Assembly: GCF_963921235.1 (NCBI RefSeq)
Contig: NC_086100.1
Location: 198,650,001 to 198,714,000, forward strand
Source of the DNA: Mobula hypostoma
Taxonomy: Eukaryota
Direction: 5' to 3'
Length of the DNA stretch: 64,000 nucleotides
The notes under the pieces are model-generated. The model searched no databases, was not told where the DNA came from, and was given only the letters and a program-made list of their open reading frames with translations. A program made the position numbers and the translations under genes. This document shows, one piece after another, positions 24,520 through 37,475 of the stretch (the first letter of the stretch is position 1; every line of letters begins with the position of its first letter).

Positions 24520-27500
24520 AGGCGTGGGATCGAGGAGCCACGGCCATTGAAACTCACCTGCTCCTCCAGATCTGGAGTTCCTTGTGCTGCTGTGCAGACC
24601 TTTCTGGCTGCCTAGGAAGTTCACGGCTGTTATTACCACAGCTGCGTATATTCCACCACAAGCTGATACTGATCTGCATTTCAAGAAACTGTAGGAGACC
24701 GTCTGTACCCTGGAGACTGCACATCCAGAGGCTGCCTTCATCGCCACTGGTGACTTCAATAGATTATTATTATTATGATTATGAGGACATGCAGTCCCCT
24801 TTTATTGTCATTTAGTAATGCGTGCATTAAGAAATGATAAAATGTTTTTCCAGAATGATATCACGAAAACACATGACAATCCGACTTAAAAACTAACAAA
24901 AACCACATAATTATAGCATATAGTTACAACAGTGCAAAGCAATACTGTAATTTTATAAGAACAGACCATGGCACAGTTAAAAGTCTCAAAGTCTCTCAAA
25001 AGTCCCATCATCTCACGCAGACGGTGAACCTCCAGCGTCGCCAACTTGCCGGTGCAACATCCCGGAAGCATAGACCGACTCCGAGTCCCTCCGAAAAACT
25101 CTGAGCCTACGACCCACCCCTTCAACACCGAGCACCACCTCTGCCGAGCGCTTCGACCCCGGCCCCGGCAACAGGCAATACGCAAAGCCGAGGATTTGGG
25201 GCCTTCGTCTCTGGAGATCCTCGATCACACAGTAGCAGCGGCAGCAAAGCAGGCATTTCAGAAGTTACTCCAGATGTTCCTCTGTGCTTCTCCCTGCTGT
25301 CTCCATCAAATCTGGATTGTGCACGGCCCCCTAGTTAACACATATCGATATCAATTCGGAACGGCCGCGCGTGCTGCGTCGTGCCGCCATCTTCTCCTCC
25401 CTCCTTTTAGAGCGTCATTGTCCAAATTCTCTGAGATTTTGTCAATACATCCAGGTGAGCACACGGGGAGATAACATACTCGACCACTGCTACTCTCTCT
25501 TCCGCAACACCTACAAAGCGGTCCTCCGCCCACCGTTTGGAAAGTTGGATCACTCCTCCATCTTGCTGCTGACAAGGTACAGGCAGAAGCTGAAACAAGA
25601 GGCAGCCATAGTTAAAACTGTCCACTGCTGGTCCAACCTATCGGCCTCCATGCTACAGGACTGCTTTGATGACGTCAAGTGGAATGTCTTTCATGATGAA
25701 GATGCTGTTCCCCAGAAATCGGTCAGGGTCTATCCAAACCGGAAACCCTGGATCAACAGTTCCGCACGACACAGAGCTTACGTTGCCGGTGACCAACAGG
25801 AACTCAAGAAATGCAGCTACGATCTGCCTAGTCATCAAGGCAGCGAAACGACAATACAGGGACAAGATCCAGACACAACTCTCCACCAACATACGCAGCT
25901 TATGGCAAGGTCTGCATACCATCGCAGACTTCAAAGCTAAGCGTATTGGTGCTGCCAACATCGCTGCCTCTCTCCCAGACGGGCCAAATCTTTTTTGCGC
26001 TCAGTTCGACGTCGCCAACACTGAGCCCCCGAGGAGTCCTGCAGGCGCAACCTGCGGTTTGGTCATCTCCGAGCGTGAGGTACGCAGATGTTTCCGACGA
26101 GTGGACAGCCGCAAGGCTGCGGAACCAGACGGCATCCCAGGATGTGCACAGCACAACTGGCAGGTGTGTTTACAGACATTTCAATCTCTTCCTCTTCCAG
26201 TGTAGAGTGTCCTCCTGCTTCAAAACATCCACCATTGTCCCTGTATCTAAAAGGCGTCCTGTCGCATTCACCTCAGTAATAAGCAAATGCTTTGAGAGGC
26301 TGGTGAAGGACGACATCTGCAGCTTGCTCCCACCCACACTGGACCCCCCAAAATTCACCTACTGACACAACCGATCGACAGATGATGCAATAGCCACAGC
26401 TCTACCCACCGTCCATACACATCAGAAGAAGGATGCTTATGTGAGAATGCTGTTTTGGATTACAGTTCAGCATTCAACACCATAATTCCCTCCAGGCTCG
26501 ACAAGAAGCTCAGAGACCTCGACCTTCACCCTGCCTTGTGCAGCTGGATCCTGGACTTCCTGTCAGATCGCTGGCAGGTGGCAAGGGTGGGCTCCCTCAC
26601 CTCTGCCCCTCAACAAAGGTGCCCCTCAGGCTGTGCTCTAAGCCCCCTCCTTTAGTCTCTGTACACCCATGGCTGTGTTGCCATCCATAGCTCCAATCTG
26701 CTAATTAATTTTGATGATACTATATTGATTGGCCTAATCTCAAATAATAACGAGGTGGCCTGCAGGGAAGAAGTCATCTCTCTGACACAGTGCTGTCAAG
26801 AAAACAACCTCTCCCTCAATGTCACAGAAACAAAGGAGCTGGTTGTGGGATGGAGATGGGCTAACCCCTATAGACATCAATGGATCTGGGGTTGAGAGGG
26901 TGAACAACTTAAGTTCCTCAGCATCCACATCACCGAGGATCTCACGTGGTCTGTACATACTGGCTGTGCGGTGAAAAAGACACAACAGCACCTCTTTCAC
27001 CTCAGACGGTTGAAGTAGTTTGGTATGGGCCCCCAAATCCTAAGAACTTTCTATAGGGGCACAGTTGAGAGCATCCTGACTGGCTGCATCACTGCCTGGT
27101 ATGGGAACTGTACTTCCCTCAATCGTAGGACTCTGCAGAGAGTGGTACGAACAGCCCAGTGCATCTGTAGATGTGAACTTCTCACCAATCAGGACATTTA
27201 CAGAGACAGGTGTGTAAAAAGGGCCCGAATGATCATTGGGGACCCAAGTAATCCCAACCACAAACTGTTCCAGCTGCTACCATCCGGGAAACAGTATCGC
27301 AGCATAAAAGCCAGGACCAACAGCCTTCAGGACAGCTTCTTCCACCAGGCCATCAGACTGATTAATTCATGCTGATACAATCATATTTCTATGTTACACT
27401 GACTGTCCTGTTGTACATAATATTTATTACAAGTTACTATAAATTGCACATTTAGACAGAAACATAACGTAAAGATTTTTACTCCTCATGTATATGAAGG

Positions 27501-27530
27501 ATGTAAGTAATAAAGTCAATTCAATTCAAA
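24520..27530 (+). mobile_element. Degenerate Rex1/Babar-type non-LTR retrotransposon, interrupted by an opposite-strand insertion (about 24765-25400)
   Basis: STRGDNILDHCYS, DYSSAFNTIIPSRL, LCSWILDFLSDR, TFYRGTVESILTGCITAWYGNC and RTNSLQDSFFHQAIRLINS. Tail AATAAAGTCAATTCAATTCAAA. The insert begins with an (ATT)n tail at about 24765. Confidence 0.85.
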
Positions 27531-28954
27531 AACTTCCTGAAGTATATTTCCTCTGATAGCCTCACTGATGAGTTGGAGTACAGGATGGAGATCAGAGCCT
27601 AGTGACATGGTGTCATGTCAACAACCTCTCCCAGGGGGCTAAAGCAGTTTGGCATATCCCCTTTGACCCTCACCAATGTTATCAGTACACCACAGGAAGC
27701 ATCTTATGGCAACTGCTCTGCACAAGACCACAGAGAGTTTTGGACACAGCACAGAAACCAGCCTCCCCTCCATGGATTCATTGCTTCGGTAAATCAACCT
27801 ACAGAATCAAAGATTTCTTGTGCGCTGTCACCGATCTGTATGGATGACAGGTAAAACTAAGTTTTTCACTGTGCCTCAGTACATGCGCCAATAACAAACC
27901 AATTCCAGTTTAACTCCTGGAACAGCACCCTGGGAGAACCTTCACCAGAAAGACTGCAGTGGGTCATGAAAGAGGCTCACTGTCTCCTACTAGGAACGGC
28001 TATCAAACTAGGCGCTACGGTAGTCGTTAGTGCAATGCTATTACAGCTCAGGGCAACAAGAGTTCAGAGTGCAATTCTGCTACTGTCTTCTCAAAGGAGT
28101 TTGCATGGATTTCCTCCGAGTGCTTTGGTTTCCTCCCACATTCCAAAGACATAACATGGTTCCATCCACTACATAATGTACTGGGTGGGCACAGGAGTAC
28201 ATTCAGCCAGAGACTCATTCCACCGAGATGCAACACTGAGCGTCATAGGAAGTCATTCCTGCCTGTGGCCATCAAACTTTACAACTCCTCCCTTGGAGGG
28301 TCAGACATCCTGAGCCAATAGGCTGGTCCTGGACTTATTTCCTGGCATAACTTACATATTACTATTTAATTATTTATGGTTTTATATTGCTATATTTATA
28401 CTCTATTCTTGTTTGGTGCAACTGTAACGAAAACCAATTTCCCTCCGGGTCAATAAAGTATGACTATGACTAACAATTAATAGATTAATGGTCATTATAA
28501 GTTTCCTGTGATTAGGTTAGAGTTAAATAGCTGTGATGCTGGGCAGTGCAGCTCATGAGCTGGTGGGACCTGTTCCACACTGTACCTAAATGAATAAATA
28601 AACATTGGCCTTGTCAGCGACACTCAAATCCTGAATAAACAAGCAAAGGGTTGAGAGGCTCTTAACATAATAAAACATGAAAACTTCCGGGGGGAGGAGG
28701 GGTGAATACTTTTTATTGGCACTATAATCTCCTCTGCATGCACACAATGTCTATATCCTTCCACTTTGCTCATTCAAGTGGAGAGTAGGGGTGTCTGCTG
28801 CCAGCAAAGTGCAAAAGGACTAGAGTTGACTCCTAAAGTATATAGAATCATAGACAATTAACAACATCGGGAGCAACACGCACAAAAAGCAGATCAGACA
28901 GCATCTATGGAGAAGAATAAACACTCAGCAATTCTGGCTGAGACTCTCCATCAG

Positions 28955-29426
28955 GATTGGAAAGTTGCATACAGTTCTGGCCTTACCACTACAGGAAGGA
29001 TGGCGACACTATGGAGAGGATGCAGAAGAGGTTTACCAGGATGCTGCCTGTATTAGAAGGCATGCGTTCTAATGATGGTTTGGACAAACTTGAGTTGTTC
29101 TCTCTGGAGCGGCAGAGGTTCAGGGGGTGGGGTGGGATCTGATAAAGGTTTATAAGATTATGAGAGTCACAGATAGTGTCGATATCTTTTTCCCAGGGTT
29201 GAAATGTCTAATACCAGAGGGCAAACATTTAAGGTTAGGGGAGAAATTTTAAAGGATAGAAGGGTTTTTTTTTTAAAAAGAAACACAGAGAGAGGTGGGT
29301 GCCTGGAATGCACTGCCTTCGGGGGTGGTAGAGGCAAAAACATTAGGGTCTTTTAGGAGATGTTCAAATAGAAACATGAATGAGGAAAGTGGAAGGATAT
29401 AGACATTGTGTGCATGCAGAGGAGAT
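28955..29426 (+). mobile_element. CR1 3' fragment, continuing after the Tc1 insertion at about 30897-30990
   Basis: ORF 28957-29142 (ESCIQFWPYHYRKD...RMQKRFTRMLP). The CR1 3' UTR and TTCTATG tail resume after 30897. Confidence 0.8.
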
Positions 29427-29428
29427 TA

Positions 29429-30895
29429 TAGTGCCAATAAAAAGTATTCACCCCTCCTCCCCCCCCAGAAGTTTTCATGTTTGATTGTGCAAGTATTCAT
29501 CCCCTTCAGGTCAGTATTTAGTCGATGCACCTTTGGCAGCAATTACAGCCTTCAGTCTGTGTGGATAGGTCTCTATCAGCTTTGCGCATCTGAATACTGC
29601 AATTTTTCCTCGTTCTTCTTTACAAAACTGCCCAAACTCTGCCAGATTGCGTGGGGATCATAAGGGAACAGCCCTTTTCAATTCCAGCCACAAATTCTCA
29701 ATTGGATTGAGGTCTGGACTCTGATTTGACCACTCCAGGACATTAACTTTGTTGTTTTTAAGCCATTCCTGTGTGTTTCATGCATTATACTTGGGGTCAT
29801 TGTCCATCTGGAAAACAAATCTTCAAGTTGCAGTTCTCTTGCAGGCTGCATCAGGTTTTCCTCAGGATTTTCCTGCATTTTGCTGCATTCATTTTCCCCT
29901 CTACCTTCACAAGCCTTCCAGGGCCTGCTGCAGTGAAGCATCCCCACAGCGTGATGCAGCCACCACCATACTTCACGGTGGGGATGGTGTGCAGTGTTTG
30001 GCTTTCTCCAAATATAGCATTTAGTCTGATGGCCAAAAGCTCAATTTTGGTTTGATCAGGTCATAGAACCTCCTTCCAGCTGACTTCAGAATCCCCACAT
30101 GCCTACTGGCAAACTCTAGCTGAGATTTCATGCGAGTTTTTTTTTCCCCAACAGTGCCACTCTCCCATTAAGCTACAACTAGTGAAGCACCCAGGAAACA
30201 GTTAATATTTGCACAGTCGCTCCCATCTCAGCCACTGAAGCTTGTAACTCCTCCAGAGTTGTCGTAGGTCTCTTGGTGACCTCCCTCACTCGTCCCCTTC
30301 TTGCACGGTCACTCAGTTTTTAAGGATGGCCTGCTCGAGCCAGATTTACACTGTGCCATGTTCTTTCCATTTCTTGATGACTGACCTAACTGTACTCCAA
30401 GGGATATTCAGTGACCTGGAAATTTTCTTGTATCCATCTCCTGACTTGTGCTTTTCAATAACCTTTTTGTGGAGTTGATTGAGGAGTGTTCTTTTGTCAT
30501 CATGGTGTAGTTTTTGCCAGAATACAGAATCACTAGCAGTTGGACTTTCCAGATACAAGTGTATTTCTACCACAATCAATTGAAACTCCTTGACTGTGCA
30601 CAGGTCTCCAAAAACAGATCTCCATTTAACTAATTATGTGACTTCTAAAACCAACTGACTAAACCATTGATGATTTGGTGTGTCATATTAAAGGGGGGGG
30701 GGGAGGTAAATACTTACGCAATGAATTATTGTTTTATATTTGTAATTAATTTAGATCACTTGATAGAGATCTGTTTTCACTTTGACATGAGTCTTTGTGT
30801 CAAAAAAAGCCAAATTAAATCCACTGTGATTCAGTGTTGTAAAACAATAAATATTGAAAACTTCTGGGGGTGGCAATACTTTTTAATAGGTACTA
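29429..30895 (-). mobile_element. Decayed Tc1/mariner DNA transposon
   Basis: TA-flanked TIRs (TAGTGCCAATAAAAAGTATTCACCCC / GCAATACTTTTTAATAGGTACTA). Transposase remnants: KHKSGDGYKKISRSLNIPWSTVRSVIKKWKEHG (HTH) and [35 protein letters not shown]. Confidence 0.9.
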
Positions 30896-33435
30896 TAGTT
30901 CAGTTGGCCAACTGATCACTAATTTAATGGGTTCAGCACATCATTGTGGGCCATAGGGCCTGTTCCTGAGCTGTACTGTTCTATGTTATATAATTCTCCG
31001 TGTGTGTGTGTGTTGCTCTGGATTTCAAATATCTACAGAATCTCGTCTTTGTAACAAGATCAGGATGACCTGTTGAGGGTGTATAATATCATAAGGGGTA
31101 TAAAAAAGGTGAACGATCACTATGTTTTTTTAAACCATCTAGTGAAGTTTAAAATTAAGGGCACAGGTTAAAGGTACGAGGAGAAGGTAACTGAGGGGCA
31201 ACTGTTTTTTTCCCCCATAGAGAGTGGTGGGTACGCAGGACTAGCTGCCAGAGGATGATCATGGCCATAGAGTGCTACAGCTCTTCAGCCCATGCCCATA
31301 CTATCTTCTGCCAAGCTTTCGTCACACCCAACCTCAGTGGACTGGGTACAGTTAAAGGGAAGCTGGAAAACCTAAGGAATCCCTGCAGGAAAGCACCGTT
31401 CCCTCTGGGGAAGGTATTTCAGAGACTCACCAGGGTGTTGTCTAGACTGGAACTTTGTGCTTATGACGAAAGAGTGGATAGGCTGCTGTTATTGTTTTCT
31501 TTGGCGTATCTGGAACTGAGAGTCAAGAGCCATACAGCACAGAAATAGGCCCTTTGGCCCAACTCATCCATGCTAGCCAAGCTGCCTACTTGGAGTCAGC
31601 AGTTTCAAGCTCCTGGGCGTCAGCATCTCAGGGGATCTATCCTAAGCCCAACACATTGCTGCAATCATGAAGGCATGCCGGAAGCTCTATTTCATTAGGA
31701 GTTTCAAGAGATTTATTATGTCACCGAAAGACTCTTACAAGTTTATCCGGATATACCATGCAGAGCACTCTAAATCACCGCATTACCACCTGGTACGGAG
31801 ATGCCAATATACACGACTGGAAAAAGCTGCAGAGGGTTGTAAGCTCAATACAGCTCCGTCATCCTTGCCTTCGAGGGCACCCTCTAAAAGGCAGCATCCA
31901 TCGTGAAGGATTGTCACCATCCAGGACATGCCCTCTTCTAATTACCACTACTGAATGATTTACGAACAGCTTCTCCTCCTCCACCATTATCCTCGGAGTG
32001 GATAATGAACCCTGCCTCAGGAAGTTCCCTCTCAGGAAAGGTCTCAGCAAGGGCGAAAGAGTACACAGAAAATTTACAAGCATGTTGGTGGAACTGGAGG
32101 ACCCGAATTACAGGGGAAAGTCCAATAGCTTCGGATATTTTGTCCCTGAAGTGTTGTAGAATGGGGGGGGGGGTTTAATAGAGGCATATAAAATTATGAG
32201 GGGTATACAGAGGGTAAATGCATGAAGCTACTTCCACTGAGTTTGGCTGGGACTACAACAAGAGGTCATTGGTTAGGGATGAAGAGTGAAATGTTGAAAG
32301 GGAACGAGGGCAACTTCTTCACTCAGCGGGTGGTGAGAGTGTGGAACAAGCCGCCAGCACAAGTGATGAGTGCAATCTCAATTTCAACGTTTAGGAGAAA
32401 TTTGGATAGGTACCCGGGTCGAAAGGGTATGGAGGGCTATGATCCCAGAGCAGGTCGATGGGAGTAGGCAGCACAATATTTTAGCACAGACTAGATGGGC
32501 CAAAAGGCCTGGTTCTGTGCTGTAGCGCTCTATGTCTTTATGACTCTAAAGGTAGGACATGCACCACAAAGTCTTGGCAAGTGTGGAACAAGCCACCAGC
32601 AGAAGGGGTGTATATGGGCTCGATGACAACGTACAAGAGAAGTTTGGATGGGAGGGGTATGGTCCAGGTGCAGGCTGATGCGACCAAGCAGAATAATAGT
32701 TTATTAGGAGCATTCAAGAAACCCTTAGATAGGCACATTGATATATCATGAGACCATAAGAGAAGAATCAGGCCATCAAGTCTATTCTGCCAAACCATCA
32801 TGGTTGATTTATTATCCCTCTCAACTCCATTCTCCTGCTTTCTTCCCATAACCTTTGACACCCTGACTTGATAAAGTTTAAGGGAATGGGGGATTCTCAA
32901 GATTCCCGTAAACAATGGATTCAGTACTGACTATGTCTGTGACTGCAGTGTGTTTGAATAATGTCTCACAGCTGCCTTCTTTGGAGCAAGATGACTAAAG
33001 TTCACCCAGATCCACACAGATGTCTCTGGGCTTTTCACACCTTTTGATTTTGACAAAAAGCAGTACCTGATGGAAATTAGACAGAACATTCCTTTCTAAA
33101 TTAAGGTGGCTGGAGTGTCTAACAAATTGATTGTACTTTTGTATCAATAGTCCATTGACTTGGCCAGAATGGTTATCAAACTGATTGTTCTTTTGTATTA
33201 GTGGCCTTATAACTTCTGACAATTCTGACATCGGGCAGTGAACTTGTAGAACCGCCAGGGAAATGAGAAAGAGTCTCTCCCTGATGTTGGGTCCAAGGTC
33301 ATTCGCCAGCTGAGCTCGAGAAATAAACGGGTGGGAAGATAAGTAATGATCTTTTTGTGCTGTCGTTATTTGATCTAGCAGTTACGTTTACAGACTAACC
33401 AAGAACCTATCAACCTCCACTTTAAATATACCCAA

Positions 33436-33531
33436 GCAACACACATCAAAGTTGCTGGTGAACGCAGCAGGCCAGGCAGCATCTCTAGGAAGAGGTACAG
33501 TTGACGTTTCAGGCCGAGACCCTTCGTCAGG
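33436..33531 (-). mobile_element. 96-bp Penelope-like tail insertion consisting of the hammerhead motif plus downstream tail
   Basis: Near-identical to 41812-41907. Flanked by a 17-bp direct repeat ACTTTAAATATACCCAA (33419-33435, 33532-33548). Confidence 0.9.
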
Positions 33532-33534
33532 ACT
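33498..33534 (-). ncRNA. Minimal type I hammerhead ribozyme motif (second copy, C-A mismatch at the base of stem I)
   Basis: Minus strand reads AGTC-CTGACGA-AGGgtctcggCCT-GAAA-CG-TC-AACTG. Confidence 0.65.
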
Positions 33535-36500
33535 TTAAATATACCCAATGACTTTACCTCCACAGCCGTCTATGGCATTGAATCCTACAGAATCAGCACC
33601 CTCTGCCTAAAGAAATTCATTCTCATCTCTCTATTCCGAGGCAGTACCCTCTGATCCTAGACTTTCCCACTTTAGGGAGCACCCTCTCCACATCCACTTC
33701 TTAGGCCTTTCAATTCTCAAAAGGTTTCAATGAGATGCTCCTTATTCTTTTAAACTCAGGTGGGTGAGTACAGGCCCACAGCACAAATCCTCCTCAAAAG
33801 TTAATCCTTTTGTTCCTGGAATCATTCCTACGAGCGTCCTCTGCACCCTCTCCAATGCCAGCACATACTTCCACATCATCATCATTATGTGCCATGTTGT
33901 ATGATGTGGGCAATCAGTCTCATTCATGACCATGACTGTTCTTGGCAGATTTTTCCACAGAAGTGGCTTGCCACTGCCTTCTACTGGCCAGTGTCCCAAG
34001 ACAGGTGACCCCAGCCATTATCAATACTCTTCAGAGACTGTCTGCCGAGTGTCCAGGGCTTGTGATATGCACCGGCTGCTGATACGACCTGCTCTCTGCT
34101 CCCTGGGCTTCACATGACCCTGATCGGATGTGGGGGGGGGGTGGTGGGAGAAGAGAAGGTAGTGGGGGGAGGATTAAGGGATTAAGCAGGTTCTACATCT
34201 TGCCCAAGGGTGGCTTGCAAGCTAGTGAAGGGAAGGGCTCCTTACACCTGCTGTGATAGAGACATATCTCAATACTTTCAGATAAGAATGCAAAACTGCT
34301 CACAATGCTCCAAGTGCAGTCTGACTGATGCTTTATAAATTATCAGCATTACATCCTTGCTCTTACATTCTAGACCTCTTGAAATGAACCCTTACCTTCC
34401 TCACCACTGACTCAACCGGTAAGTTAACCTTTAAGAAATCCTGCACAAGGACTCCCAAGTCCCTTTGAATCTCTGATTTTTGAATTTTTTCCCGTTTAGA
34501 AAATAATTTATGCCTTTATTCCTTCAACCTGCCACTTCTTTGTCTATTCTCCCAATCCGTCTGCAGACTCCCTACTTCCTCAACACTATCTGCCCCTCCA
34601 TCTATTTTTGTATCATCGCAAACTTGGCCACAAAGCCATCAATCCCCTCATCCAAATCATTGACAAACAATGTGAAAAGAAACAATCCCAATACAGGCCC
34701 CTGTTGAACTAGTCAACGGCCAACCAGCAAAGGCCCCCTTTATTCCCACTCTTTGCCTCCTGACGGTCAGCCTAACTTCTCTCCATGATAGTATTTTCCC
34801 CATAATACCACGGACGGGTCGAACGTGGCACTTTATCAAAGGCCTTCTGAAAAACCAAGTAAACAACATCCGCTGACTGTCCTGTCTATCCTGCATGTTA
34901 TTTCCTGAAGGAATTCCAACAGATCTGTCGTCAGGTAACATTTCCCCTTCAAGAAACCATGCTGACTTTGGCCTATTTTATCATGTGCCTCCAAGTACGA
35001 CAAAACCTCGTCCTTAATAATGGACTCCAGCATCTTCCCAACCACTGAACTCAGGCTAACTTACCGGTAACTTCCTTTCTTCTGCCTCTCGCCCTTTTTG
35101 AGGAATGAAGTTACATTTGCAATTTTTCAGTCCTCCGGAAACATTCCAGAATCTGGTGTTTCTTCTAAGGTCATTCCTAATGCATCCACAATCTCTTCAG
35201 CCACCTCTTTCAGACCACTAGGGTGTAATCCATCTGGTCCCGGTGACTAATCTACCTTCAGACTTCAGCGTCCCAAGCACCCTTGCCTTAGTACAACAAT
35301 TACACCCACTTCTGCCCCCGACACTCTCGAATTTCTGGCATACTGCTCGCGTCTTCCATGGTGAAGACTGACGCAAAGTACTTAAGTTCATCCACCATTT
35401 CCTTGAACGTCATCACTACCTCTCCAGTTTGAAGGAATATTTGGTATCCTTTATTTATATTATTGGTTAGCCTTTCTTTATATTTCATCTTTACTTTTGT
35501 CATGGTTTTTTTTAAGTTGTCTTCCATTCGTTTTTAAAACCTTCCCAATCCTCTAACTTCCCACTCATTTTTGCTACGTTATGTGCCCTCTCCTTTCCTT
35601 TATGCTGTCTCTGACTTCCCTTGCTAGCCACAGTTGCCTCTTCCTCCATTTAGGACATGTCATCTTTGGGATGTACCTATCCTGCACCTTCCGAACTGCC
35701 CCCAGACGGCTGCTCTGCCATCCACACTGCTAGTGAAGTAACCCCTTCCCATCAACTTTGGCCAGCAACTCTCTCATGCCTCTGTAATTCCCTTTACCCC
35801 ACTGTAATACTAATACATCTGACTTTAACTTTTCCCTATCAAACTGCAGGGTGAATTCTATCATATTATGGATCTCTGCCTCCTAACGGTTCCTTTACTT
35901 TAAGCTCCCTAATCAAATCTGGTTCATTACACAACACCCAATCCAGAATTGCCTTTCCCCCAGTGAGCTCAACCACAAGCTGCTCTAAAAAGTTAGGATG
36001 ATAGAAAAATGAAGGGAATATGTGGGATCTCAGACTGGGTTAAAAGGCCAGTACAACACTGCAGATCTAGGGCCTGTACTGTTCTGTAATATTCTATGTT
36101 TGGCATGGACTAGATAGGCCAAAGGCCCTGTACTGTGCTGTAATATTCTAGGACACAATTCCCTGTGGGAATTGTCCCTGCTCGCTCCAGTCCCCATTGG
36201 ATTCATTAGTGAGTCCTCTGCATTTATTTCCTCCTGTGACCACACCCACAAGCAGAAAATTTTGTGTCATCTCTCCCTTATCACGACCTCAAACATCTCT
36301 GCTGTCTTTCTCTCAGACTATCTGACAGACAAAGATTTATAGTCAGTTTGGAAATGATTTCAGTAAATCCATTGTCCTTTCTCCTCAAGCCCTCACACAC
36401 AGAGAGTCAGAGTCATACAGCACAAAAACACGCCCTTCTGCCCAACTGCTCCATGCTAAACATGATTCTCATCCAAGCTAGTCCCATTTCTCAGTGATAC

Positions 36501-37239
36501 ACCAATAGTCCACAAACTATTCCCAGTATCTTTTAAATGTGTTATCGTATCTGCCTCTACCACTTCCTCTGGTAATTCACTCCATACATCCATCAACTTC
36601 TGGGTGGAAAAACTGCCTCTCAGATTCCAAGTAAATCTCTCTCTCCCACAAAAGGTAGTGGATTCGGCCCAGCGTATCACAGGAAAACCCCTCCCAACTC
36701 ATTGAGCACACTTACACGAAACATTACCGTAGAAAAGCAGCATCCATCAAAGATCCTCACCACCCAGGCCATGCTCTTTTCTCACTGCTGCCATCAAGTA
36801 GAAGGTACAGGAGCCTCAGGACTCACACCACCAGGTTCAAGAACAGTTACTACCCCTCAACCATCCGGCTCTTGAACAAAAGGGGATAGCTAAACTCATT
36901 TACGGATCCTTTTGTATTTTTATTTCACGCTCATTATTTGTATTTACAGTTTGTTGTCCATTGATCCTGATTATAGTTACTGTTCTATAGATTTGCTGAG
37001 TATGACCACAGAAAAAGAATCTCAGAGTTGTGTGTGGTGACACGTATGAACTCTGATAATAAATTTGACGTTGAACTTTGAAAGCTGTGCCTATTGTTTT
37101 GAATTTCCTGGCCCTGGGACAAAGACTGTGCATTCGCCCTAACCATGCTCCTCATGAATTTATTTACTGAGTTACTTAGAGATACAGTGTAGTCCTGCCC
37201 ACCAATTTACCCCTAGCCCAATCACAGAGTGTATTGGAG

Positions 37240-37475
37240 TGCAAGGCTTCATGGTCATGGTAGTCTTTCCTGGGGTAAAGTGTCCGGGGGTTTGACTGCT
37301 ACTTTTGTCCCTTATTTGCGAGTGAGAAAGTTGGCAACTCTAACTGTAAAAGACATGTTGAGGTGAGTTTAACCCTACTTGAACACCCCCCCACCGCCCC
37401 CAGGTCGGCCGGTCCAGATGAATATTGTCAATATTAAACCAGTCTGCAGTGCAAAAAAGGATGGGGACCCCTGGT
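37240..37475 (-). mobile_element. Partial second copy of the composite hAT element seen at 19370-20122
   Basis: Reverse complement of about 19370-19610, including the outer/inner junction. Confidence 0.85.

Larger units (their letters stand above)
33375..35995 (-). mobile_element. Decayed CR1 LINE with internal insertions (Penelope tail 33436-33531; RTE-tail-like element about 33872-34270)
   Basis: VGKMLESIIKDEV...QSQHGFLKGK and YFASVFTMED ORF pieces. The insert at 33872 starts with (CAT)n and includes GAAGTGGCTTGCCACTGCCTTCT, an RTE-like 3' end. Confidence 0.8.
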
